Source: a virus
Lineage: Duplodnaviria > Caudoviricetes
DNA: 64,000 nucleotides
Direction: 5' to 3' (one strand)
Virus record (IMG/VR): IMGVR_UViG_3300022543_000001
Span: 1-64,000 of that record
Shown here: piece after piece, positions 18,553-27,200 of the stretch
How the letters are laid out: every line of letters begins with the position of its first letter
How positions within the stretch are numbered: position 1 is the first letter of the stretch
Translations under genes and position numbers: made by a program
Notes under the pieces: model-generated
The model's database searches: none
What the model was told of the DNA's origin: nothing
Seen by the model: only the letters and a program-made list of their open reading frames with translations

Positions 18553-18909
18553 ATGAATAAATCAATGATGCTTGTACAAGCAACTTGGCAAGAAAGCCAA
18601 ACTTTTAGAATGATTCCTACTAGCACAGACTGTCCATATGTAGAATGTATCTTTGACCCTACTAGTAATGTATTTGTAGTGATCTCTAATATTAAGAAAA
18701 CAACATTACACATGTTGCCAAAATTAGATGAATACGGTCAACCTTCTACAGGAAGTAAAGGAATGAAACAAGAAAGACATAAATTGGAAGTTTTTCAAGA
18801 ATTCTATGTTGAAGATAAAAAAGCAACAGAAGAATTAATTAAAGGATTTGCAATTAATGCAGATAGTTTTGATTACAAGAAGTTTATGAAAGAAGCTAAA
18901 AAAGCATAA
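18553..18909 (+). CDS. Hypothetical protein
   Basis: 118-aa ORF followed by a terminator. Confidence 0.7.
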   Translation: MNKSMMLVQATWQESQTFRMIPTSTDCPYVECIFDPTSNVFVVISNIKKTTLHMLPKLDEYGQPSTGSKGMKQERHKLEVFQEFYVEDKKATEELIKGFAINADSFDYKKFMKEAKKA

Positions 18910-18926
18910 ATTAATTATCACTTGAG

Positions 18927-18955
18927 AAGGGTGAGTATATGCTCACCCTTTTTTT
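18927..18955 (+). terminator. Rho-independent terminator
   Basis: AAGGGTGAGT-ATAT-GCTCACCCTT-TTTTT. Confidence 0.85.
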
Positions 18956-18994
18956 ATTTACTAAAAGGGGGGAACAGCTTAACTGAACTAGCCT

Positions 18995-20899
18995 ATGAGA
19001 ACACATTGGGTAATGGACTATGAAACTCTTAGAAATTGTTTTATAGGAGTGTTTGAAGATGTAAAATCTGAACACCAAGAAGTGTTTGTATGTCACAAGT
19101 CTCAAAATGATATTGTGGACTTAATACACTTTCTAAAAAGAAATCAAAATTTAAATGAATGGCATATATCCTTTAATGGATTAGCATTTGACAGTCAAAT
19201 AACTGAACACATTCTTCGTAATGAAGATCAGTTGATTTATGGTTATGGGGATGGTGAAGAAATTGCTAGATGGATTTATCAGAAAGCACAAGAAACTATC
19301 CAGAGAAGTAACGATAGAGAGTTTGCTTTGTTTAGTCCTAGAGATTTAAGCATTAGACAAATTGATATCTTTAAACTTAACCATTGGGATAATCCTGCTA
19401 AGAGAAGTTCATTAAAGTGGATTCAGTACACGATGGATTGGAAGAACATTATGGACATGCCAATACATCATACTACTGAAGTAGAGAGTTCTCAGATTCC
19501 CGAAATCATCAAGTATTGTATTAATGATGTTAAGTCTACTAAGAAGATTATGCACTTAAGTAAAGAGCAAATTAATCTTAGAAAAGCATTAACAGAAGAA
19601 TATGATATAGATTTGTTTTCAGCTTCTGAGCCTCGTATATCTAAAGAATTGTTTTTACATTTCTTGAGTAAATCTACAGGTATTAAAAAGTATGATTTGA
19701 AACAGTTAAGAACACAACGTGATCAAATTGTTTTTAAAGATATTATACTGCCTTATATTGAATTTAAAACAGCTACGTTTCAAAATCTTCTTAAGAAATT
19801 TCAGGAAGTAGTTTTATACACTGGGCAAACTAAAGGGACTTTTAAATATTCTGTACAATATAAAGGTGTAAAGACTGATTATGGTCTTGGTGGTATTCAT
19901 GGTGCTAGAGCAAGTAAGGTTTATAATTCTAACGAAGATATGATCATTATGAGCTCTGATGTTGTAAGTTTCTATCCTAATTTAGCTATTAGAAACAATT
20001 GGGCACCAGCACATTTACCAAAACAAGAATTTTCTCAACTGTATGAGTGGTTCTTTGAAGAAAGAAAAAAGATTCCCAAAAAAGATCCTAAGAATTATGT
20101 ATACAAGATTATCCTAAACTCAACCTATGGGTTGAGTAATGATGAGAATAGCTTCTTGTATGATCCTCAGTTTACAATGAGCATTACTATTAATGGTCAG
20201 TTGAGTCTGAGTATGTTGTATGAGATGATTTGTGAGGAGATTCCTAATGCAATTCCTCTTATGCAGAATACAGATGGTCTTGAGACAATGATTCCGAGAG
20301 AGTATGAAGCTAAGTATATGGAGATTTGTGAAAGATGGGAGAAGATGACTAATCTTTTATTAGAACATGACAAGTATTCTAAGATTGTTCTGGGTGATGT
20401 AAATAACTACATTGCTGTAAATGAAGATGGCAAGTCTAAATGTAAAGGTAGATTTGAGTATGACAATTTAGCTCTTCATAAAAATAAGAGTTTTTTGATT
20501 ATACCAAAAGCTTTGCATGCATATTTTGTAGATGGTATTAAACCTGAAAAGTTTATAAAGGAAAATTTAAACATTTTTGATTTTTGTGGTGGTGTAAAAA
20601 TTAAGGGAGACTGGAAGTTTACAGAACACAAAGTAGAAGATGGTCTTTATAAAGAGGAACCTCTGCAGCACACAATAAGGTATTATATCTCTAAGACAGG
20701 TTCTAAGATTATTAAGAAAAATAACTCAGACCGTAGAGAAATCCAGGTAGAAGCTGGGAAATGGATGCAGAGTCTAATGATTGACTATGTAGAAAAACCA
20801 TTTGAAGAATACAATATTAATTATGATTACTATTTAGAGAAAATAAGAAAAGAAATAAATTCTCTAGAACCAAGTTCAAACCAATTAAGTTTATTTTAA
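18995..20899 (+). CDS. polB: Family B DNA polymerase with 3'-5' exonuclease
   Basis: ExoI MDYET, ExoII FNGLAFD, ExoIII YCINDV; polymerase motifs SSDVVSFYP, KIILNSTYG, NTDG; C-terminus QLSLF. Confidence 0.95.
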   Translation: MRTHWVMDYETLRNCFIGVFEDVKSEHQEVFVCHKSQNDIVDLIHFLKRNQNLNEWHISFNGLAFDSQITEHILRNEDQLIYGYGDGEEIARWIYQKAQETIQRSNDREFALFSPRDLSIRQIDIFKLNHWDNPAKRSSLKWIQYTMDWKNIMDMPIHHTTEVESSQIPEIIKYCINDVKSTKKIMHLSKEQINLRKALTEEYDIDLFSASEPRISKELFLHFLSKSTGIKKYDLKQLRTQRDQIVFKDIILPYIEFKTATFQNLLKKFQEVVLYTGQTKGTFKYSVQYKGVKTDYGLGGIHGARASKVYNSNEDMIIMSSDVVSFYPNLAIRNNWAPAHLPKQEFSQLYEWFFEERKKIPKKDPKNYVYKIILNSTYGLSNDENSFLYDPQFTMSITINGQLSLSMLYEMICEEIPNAIPLMQNTDGLETMIPREYEAKYMEICERWEKMTNLLLEHDKYSKIVLGDVNNYIAVNEDGKSKCKGRFEYDNLALHKNKSFLIIPKALHAYFVDGIKPEKFIKENLNIFDFCGGVKIKGDWKFTEHKVEDGLYKEEPLQHTIRYYISKTGSKIIKKNNSDRREIQVEAGKWMQSLMIDYVEKPFEEYNINYDYYLEKIRKEINSLEPSSNQLSLF

Positions 20900-20901
20900 T
20901 T

Positions 20902-22035
20902 ATGCCAAAGAAAATTCAACACACAACAAAAGCAAATCTACTTGCTGTAGATTTACCTCAACATGGAGCTAGTTACACTGTAATTAGTCATGAATTTATT
21001 ATTGATTATGCACAACAAGCCCTTGCAAATGCGGGGTTTATAGTTTTAGAAGAGGAGTACAGATGTACTGCAGATGGTCAGATTGCTCAAGGAGTTTATA
21101 AACTAAACTACAATAATGATCCAGAATTAGCTATGATGTTTGCATGGACAAACAGTTATAACAAACAAGTAAAGTTTAAATGTGTAATTGGTGCTTATGT
21201 AAATAAGACCGGTTCAGTTATGATTTCAGGAGATATTGGTAGTTGGGTTAGAAAACATACAGGAACTGCAGATACAGAAACACAGGATACAATAGATTCT
21301 TACATTTCTAATGCTCACATGTACTACAATCAATTGTGTAGTGACAAAGCTGCTATGGAAACAATCTCCCTAAATAAGAGAAAACAATCACAGCTATTGG
21401 GTGTATTATTTGCAGAGTATGAAATTCTAACAACTGAGCAAGCTAGTATGGTTAGAGATCAAATGAAGAAGCCTTATCACGTATTTACTAATACAGATAG
21501 TTTATGGGCCTTCTACAACTATATAACCATTGCTCTTCAGTCATCACATCCTAAAACATGGATGGAGGATCAAAGAATATTACACTATTTCATTTCTAGT
21601 ATTAATAACTTTGCACAAGCTCCAGCTGTTGTTGTAGTTCCTGAAGTAGAAGAGGCAGTTGTGCCGGTGGTCTATTCAGATCCTAATCAAACAAACTTGT
21701 TAGATCAAATTGCAGAAGTAGAAGCTGAAGAAGTCATTGATCGTAATATTACGATAGATGAAGTAATTGATGAAGAAGTACAGGAGTATGAAGTCAAGGA
21801 AGAACAGGAAGACAAGGTATGTGATGAAACCATCATTTACACTGATCCAATGGGTAATACATTTGAGACAACTTCAATTGCTCCATGTGCTGGTCATGAT
21901 GCTGAAACAGAAAAGGAAATTGAAAAAGAAACTATTGAAGACACTAAAGATGAATTTGCATTAGCAGATAATTTTGATTTAGATTTCAATGAAGAAACTA
22001 ATGAAGAAACGGATAGTATCCCAGACTTCTTTTAG
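20902..22035 (+). CDS. DUF932-like protein with long acidic tail
   Basis: SYTVISH...GF.V..E.Y...DGQ...FAWTNSYNKQVKFKC..GAYV; E/D-rich C-terminal third. Confidence 0.6.
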   Translation: MPKKIQHTTKANLLAVDLPQHGASYTVISHEFIIDYAQQALANAGFIVLEEEYRCTADGQIAQGVYKLNYNNDPELAMMFAWTNSYNKQVKFKCVIGAYVNKTGSVMISGDIGSWVRKHTGTADTETQDTIDSYISNAHMYYNQLCSDKAAMETISLNKRKQSQLLGVLFAEYEILTTEQASMVRDQMKKPYHVFTNTDSLWAFYNYITIALQSSHPKTWMEDQRILHYFISSINNFAQAPAVVVVPEVEEAVVPVVYSDPNQTNLLDQIAEVEAEEVIDRNITIDEVIDEEVQEYEVKEEQEDKVCDETIIYTDPMGNTFETTSIAPCAGHDAETEKEIEKETIEDTKDEFALADNFDLDFNEETNEETDSIPDFF

Positions 22036-22055
22036 TAATGAATAATTTATCAATT

Positions 22056-22086
22056 AAGGGGTGGTGAAAACTACCCCTTTTTTTTT
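22056..22086 (+). terminator. Rho-independent terminator with GAAA tetraloop
   Basis: AAGGGGTGGT-GAAA-ACTACCCCTT followed by a T-run. Confidence 0.88.
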
Positions 22087-22098
22087 ATCTTTAGCCCT

Positions 22099-22230
22099 AT
22101 GAAAAAGTACAATCAACCAGAGGATCAAAGATCTAGAGAAAAGTATGAGTTTACAATGGCAGCAACTAGTATATCTGCTGTTGCTATAATTCTTATACTG
22201 ATTGTTTATGCGTTATATTCTGCATTATGA
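22099..22230 (+). CDS. 43-aa C-terminally hydrophobic peptide (not in ORF track)
   Basis: MKKYNQPEDQRSREKYEFTMAATSISAVAIILILIVYALYSAL; ATGA overlap with the 22227 gene. Confidence 0.6.
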   Translation: MKKYNQPEDQRSREKYEFTMAATSISAVAIILILIVYALYSAL

Positions 22231-22526
22231 AAGATTCAGAATGGTCTGGACTTATGAAAATTCCTGATGAAGTTCTCATAAGTCAACTTAGAATTAAAGT
22301 TGGACAACTTGAGTCTTATGTTCAAGAACTAGAAGAACAAGTAAAAGAAAAAGTTCTTAAAACTGTAAAGATTACTAAGTTAGAACATCTAGAAAGAGAC
22401 AATGAAAGACTTAAAGCTTTATTAATAGATACTAGAAATAGGCTTGGTGATCTTGGTGCAAGAAATCAAAGATTGGAAAAAGAATTATTTAAACACTTAA
22501 AACAACAAAATGAAAAAACAGATTGA
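22227..22526 (+). CDS. Coiled-coil hypothetical protein
   Basis: Heptad-rich 99-aa ORF overlapping both neighbours. Confidence 0.6.
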   Translation: MKDSEWSGLMKIPDEVLISQLRIKVGQLESYVQELEEQVKEKVLKTVKITKLEHLERDNERLKALLIDTRNRLGDLGARNQRLEKELFKHLKQQNEKTD

Positions 22527-22896
22527 AGCAGTAGAAGCATTTCATAATGCATTTGGACAAGACAATGGTAAATACCCAAGACCATTAACTACAGAAGAAT
22601 ATGAACTCAGACATGCTCTTATGCAAGAAGAGAATGATGAGTACTTAGATGCATGTGATGAAAATTCATTAGTAGACATTGCTGATGCTTTAGGTGATCA
22701 ATTGTATATACTGTGTGGAACTATTCTTAGACATGGTATGCAGCATATTATAGAAGATGTATTTGATGAAATTCAAGCAAGTAATATGAGCAAACTAGGT
22801 GAAGATGGAAAACCAGTACTTAGAGAAGATGGAAAAATCTTGAAAGGCCCTGGATTCTTTAAACCAGACCTTAATAAATTTATTAAAGAAGAGTGA
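22510..22896 (+). CDS. MazG-like / PRA-PH-family nucleotide pyrophosphohydrolase
   Basis: LMQEENDEYLDA...IADALGDQLYILCG...EIQASNMSK. Confidence 0.85.
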   Translation: MKKQIEAVEAFHNAFGQDNGKYPRPLTTEEYELRHALMQEENDEYLDACDENSLVDIADALGDQLYILCGTILRHGMQHIIEDVFDEIQASNMSKLGEDGKPVLREDGKILKGPGFFKPDLNKFIKEE

Positions 22897-22898
22897 GT

Positions 22899-23510
22899 AT
22901 GTTTAAAATTAACTCAAATCTTAACAAAAGATTCTTTGTAGTAGATGATTTCTATGAGGATCCTATGGCTGTAAGAGAACATGCCTTAGCACAAACATAC
23001 TTTCCAGGTGAGGGTGCTGTTGGTGAAAGAACCCGTGAGCAGTTTTTATTTGAAGGTCTTAAAGAAAAGTTTGAAGACATTATGCAAGTTAAAATTGCTG
23101 ATCTTACAGAAGATGGTTTTGGTTGGTATAACATAGGTATTAATGGTAGATTTCAATCTTGTATAGGTGGTGTACCTCAAGTATTTCACTGTGATGCACA
23201 AAAGTGGGCAGCAGTTATATTTCTTACACCAGATGCTCCACCTCAATCAGGTACAAGTTTTTATAGAAACAAACAGTCTAAAGTGTATCATAATGAGCAA
23301 ATAGACTGGTCTGTTGGTGAGAATGGTAATGCATTTTCTAAACATACATTTCTTGATCCAACTCCTTTTGAAAGACAGGACACGGTAGGAAATGTATTTA
23401 ATAGACTAGTTATTTTTGACGGAGGTCTGATTCATTCAGGCAATGATTATTTTGGTCACAATAGAGAAACTGGAAGACTATTCCAGATTTTCTTTTTTAA
23501 TGAAGCATGA
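22899..23510 (+). CDS. 2OG-Fe(II) oxygenase (DUF6445-like)
   Basis: VVDDFYEDP; FHCD (HxD), AAVIFLTP..SGTSF, NRLVIFD..IHS, RLFQIFF. Confidence 0.82.
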   Translation: MFKINSNLNKRFFVVDDFYEDPMAVREHALAQTYFPGEGAVGERTREQFLFEGLKEKFEDIMQVKIADLTEDGFGWYNIGINGRFQSCIGGVPQVFHCDAQKWAAVIFLTPDAPPQSGTSFYRNKQSKVYHNEQIDWSVGENGNAFSKHTFLDPTPFERQDTVGNVFNRLVIFDGGLIHSGNDYFGHNRETGRLFQIFFFNEA

Positions 23511-23878
23511 TGGAAGAAACTGAAAAAATATCTCAAGATCTGATTACTTACATTACTTTATTATCAGCCATGCAAGTAGTACAAAATTGTACTCTTGAAT
23601 TAGAGGGCAGCATTTATGATCAAGGTAAAGTAAAAGTAAAAACAAAAGAAGCTCTTATAGCAATGACTCATGCTAATGATAAAAGAAAAAGACAAATGTG
23701 GGAAAATGATTCCCTTATGTCAGCTACATTTATGCAAGCTATTCATATCATAGGAGAACAATTAGCAAAAGGTGATGGTACTGCATTAGCAAACATCACA
23801 GCTCTGACAAGACAAGGTATTGATTTATCTAAATACAAACTGGTAGAAATAGAAGAAGATGAACAAAGCAATGATTAA
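23507..23878 (+). CDS. Hypothetical protein
   Basis: ATGA overlap with the upstream gene. Confidence 0.65.
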   Translation: MMEETEKISQDLITYITLLSAMQVVQNCTLELEGSIYDQGKVKVKTKEALIAMTHANDKRKRQMWENDSLMSATFMQAIHIIGEQLAKGDGTALANITALTRQGIDLSKYKLVEIEEDEQSND

Positions 23879-24044
23879 AAAGCTTATTATTGAAGCTTAT
23901 CTCTCTGGTGCAGAATCTATGTACTGTGGGTGTTATCAAAGACCAACAAAAGCTGAGGCTAGAGATTGGTATGACCAAGAATATGGTGTAGAAGATGCAG
24001 AAATCACGGAAGATTGTGATTGTTGTGAAGAAGAAGATGATTAA
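23859..24044 (+). CDS. Small Cys-containing hypothetical protein
   Basis: YCGCY...DCDCCEE; last + strand gene before the terminator. Confidence 0.55.
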   Translation: MNKAMIKKLIIEAYLSGAESMYCGCYQRPTKAEARDWYDQEYGVEDAEITEDCDCCEEEDD

Positions 24045-24078
24045 AATAAGGGGAACTTAACGGTTCCCCTTTTTTTTT
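24042..24078. terminator. Bidirectional terminator between the convergent early and virion blocks
   Basis: AAGGGGAAC-TTAACG-GTTCCCCTT with a T-run on + and TTATTTT on -. Confidence 0.85.
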
Positions 24079-24083
24079 CCTTG

Positions 24084-24224
24084 TTACCTTCCTTGAGAAT
24101 TATACTTCTTTTTATAATTCTTTGAAGATTTAAGTTTTGATGATTTAGTTTTTGCATGTATCCCAGGACGTGATACCTTTACTTTATCATACGTTTTTGC
24201 CGATCCTGTTGTTGTTTTTGCCAT
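24084..24224 (-). CDS. 46-aa highly basic peptide (not in ORF track)
   Basis: MAKTTTGSAKTYDKVKVSRPGIHAKTKSSKLKSSKNYKKKYNSQGR; starts 2 nt after the stop of the 1978-aa gene. Confidence 0.7.
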   Translation of the reverse strand: MAKTTTGSAKTYDKVKVSRPGIHAKTKSSKLKSSKNYKKKYNSQGR

Positions 24225-24226
24225 TT

Positions 24227-27200
24227 TTAACTTCCTCTTTTAGAACTGTTTTTAACCATATTTTCAAATTGTGTTACTGGATCACCAGTGCCTCCGGATA
24301 AACCAAATATCTTACCTAGTTTACTCCAAATCTTTAATTCCCCTTCTGCTTTCCAAGAATAAGGTCCTGAATCTCTTTTATATCTATCCATTTCTGAGAA
24401 TGTTACAAAGTCTAATACATCTCCAAAAATATCAATATAAAGCACAACTGTGTTATACCAAGATGTTGTTGTTTGTGTAATCATTTTTACATAGTCATCT
24501 GATCCAAAGTTTATTCCTTTTACATTAGGTAGTGGAATAAATGCACTAGACTCTGCTTGTACACCCATTGCTAATAACAACATGTGGTTTGCTAAGAACC
24601 CATATGTATTAAAGCTATCTTCATTGATGGCACCAGATTTAGCTCTTAGTTTTTTCCATTTCTCATCATCATCCGGATCAAATCCAAATAACATTAATGA
24701 TAATAAAGCAAGACCAATTGCAAAGAATCCTTCTCCAGCCATTTTTCTTACAGCACCTTTTTCCTGGTCTGTTAAATAACTATAGTTTTTAAAACCAGAT
24801 TTCATAGTTTTCAACATTGTTTGAAATGCTGTTATATAAAAACCTTTACCGTAAGATGTTGTAGCCCAGTCATATCTGTCACCACCATTAGTCCATGTAA
24901 TAGTCTTAGCATCAAAACCAAATCTATTCATCAACATTGGTGTAAACCATTTTCTCATGAAGAAGAACATTCTGTAGAGTAATAACTTATTACCTTCAGG
25001 TTGTCCCATTTCATCATATGCACCAAATAGTTTTCGTGAGGTACCTTGAATTCTATTCTTAAGTCCCATGAATAACTCTGACTTAGCAATAATAAGTTCT
25101 TGACCATCTTCAAGCTGCACTTCAGACTTAATCCTATTCTTAGCTTTAAGTTCATCAACAGTTATGTAATACTTTTTAGCAATTTCTGCTAAAGTTTCAC
25201 CTTTAACATACTCATGATAAACTGCAAGATTATTCCATCCTGGGTGTACTCCTTTTTTAAGTCTAATGATTCCATCTTCATCTTTTTCCCAAGCTTCAAT
25301 GTATCTCATTGCTTTCTTAGTACCGTCACCAAGAATTTGATCTACTTTTTGTCCGTACATAAATGCACCAAATAATGAAACTGCAACTTGCATCTCACCA
25401 AATTTTCTGTGCATATACATCCACTCCATATTAACTAGATCTTTTACTAGTGATCTCTCCACCTCTCTACCAAATTGGTCTTTAGATTTAAAGTTAGGAT
25501 CAAAGATCTGAATCAACTGTGTAGATATAGCTCCAGGTCCTGTTTGATAGATACCTTTAGTTGACCATTCTAACATAGCTTTTTCTGCCCAAGGTCTTGC
25601 TAGTGCAATATCTTTAAGATTGATAAACTCAGCACCTGCACCTTCAATAATTAACTGAACGTAACCACCGTATTTATTCTTTAAATCAGAAGGAATATTA
25701 ACAGCTAATGAACCCATAGCAGATAAACCTTGAAGTTGATTTATCCATTTACCAAATCCAGGGTGAGTTTCCTCAATACCCTCAACCATCTTACCATAGT
25801 ACTCTCTTTCAATTAAAGATTTTACTTGACCAAGTCTGTTGTTGGTAGCAAACTTTTTCTTTGCATTTGTAAGGGCCCCTTTTAGACTATAGATGTTCTT
25901 ATCAAACTTCTCTAATTCTTTAGGAGCGTTATCAGGATCCTCTAGAGTATCTAAGATACTTTGTACAAGTGGTAAACTTTCTAATAGTTTACCCTGTGTT
26001 TGTACAGACAATGCATATCTAAATAATCCTTGGAAAATATCAGCATCTTGTACATTGATATCTAAGTTATAGATACCAGATACCGGTACATATGATATTT
26101 GATTTCCATCAAGATCAGTATTCACTAAGTTGTTTTCAGGATTATAGTTTAAGTCATTCTCAGCATCCATTACAGATTTACCTAATGCTTGATTGTACCA
26201 CTCCTTTACATTTGCCCCTAATTCAGAAAACCTCTGACCATAAGCACCTTTTTGCATTGCTTGGTATATATCTCCTTTTTTAAGAGCATATCTAGGCAGG
26301 TCAAGATATAACTTACTATAACTGCTTTGACCCTTTTGATTATCTAAATGATATTCTTTAATTGCTTCAAGTAACTTAAACTCATTACTATTAGCAGCTT
26401 GCATTTGGAAATACTTCTCATTCATGAATCTGCTGTCAACAGCACTGTATTTTGAAGACGGATCAAAAAGTCTTGGAAGCCATTGATTTTTATTGTCAAT
26501 GTATTTACCTACGTAATCTGATTTTGCTTCACCAAACGGAATTGTTCTGAATTGATCTTTAACCTGATATCTAGAATGTCTTGCATTTGGAACACCCATA
26601 AGAACAACCTCTTCTCCGTTTCTATCTAAGATTCTAGTAAACTTAATGTTACTCTCATCTTTAGGTACAGAAACAGTATTAGCTTTTGTTCTTTTATATC
26701 TAGCAATATAACTTCTAGTTGGTTTATCATACTGTTGCACAACATAGTGATTAGTATTAAACCAACTTTTAAATGCATCATCAGCTTCTAAAATTTCTTC
26801 AAACTCTTCAGAATTGATAAAGTCATCAATCTCATCAATCTCCAGCTCTTTAATATTTTGCTTAGACAAATTATAATTTAATGTCTCTACATAATATGTA
26901 GTGGGCATGTTTACAGATAAGTCAGATAACTCAGAGAAGATATCTTGAATTCTAGCTGCATCTTCAGGACTGATTCCTTGGTCGTTTAATAAGTCTAATA
27001 GATACATGTATCTTTTAGATTCTGCAGACCCGGCTTGTAGTAATCCTTTTCTAGCTTTTTCTGATAGTTCTCTCAACTCTTCGGAGTCTTCTTTAGAGAG
27101 GCCTGTGGAGGAATCAAATCTAAATTTGAAATCTGCAATAGACTGTTCTAAATCTCTGATTCTTTCAAGTCTTGTTTTACCCATAGCATTGCTATCAGGT

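Noticed and set aside
18995-20899. Intein or intron in PolB, DnaB or RNAP
   Set aside because: PolB and DnaB are compact with contiguous motifs; the RNAP has no internal Cys and no HN/C or LAGLIDADG signature was seen
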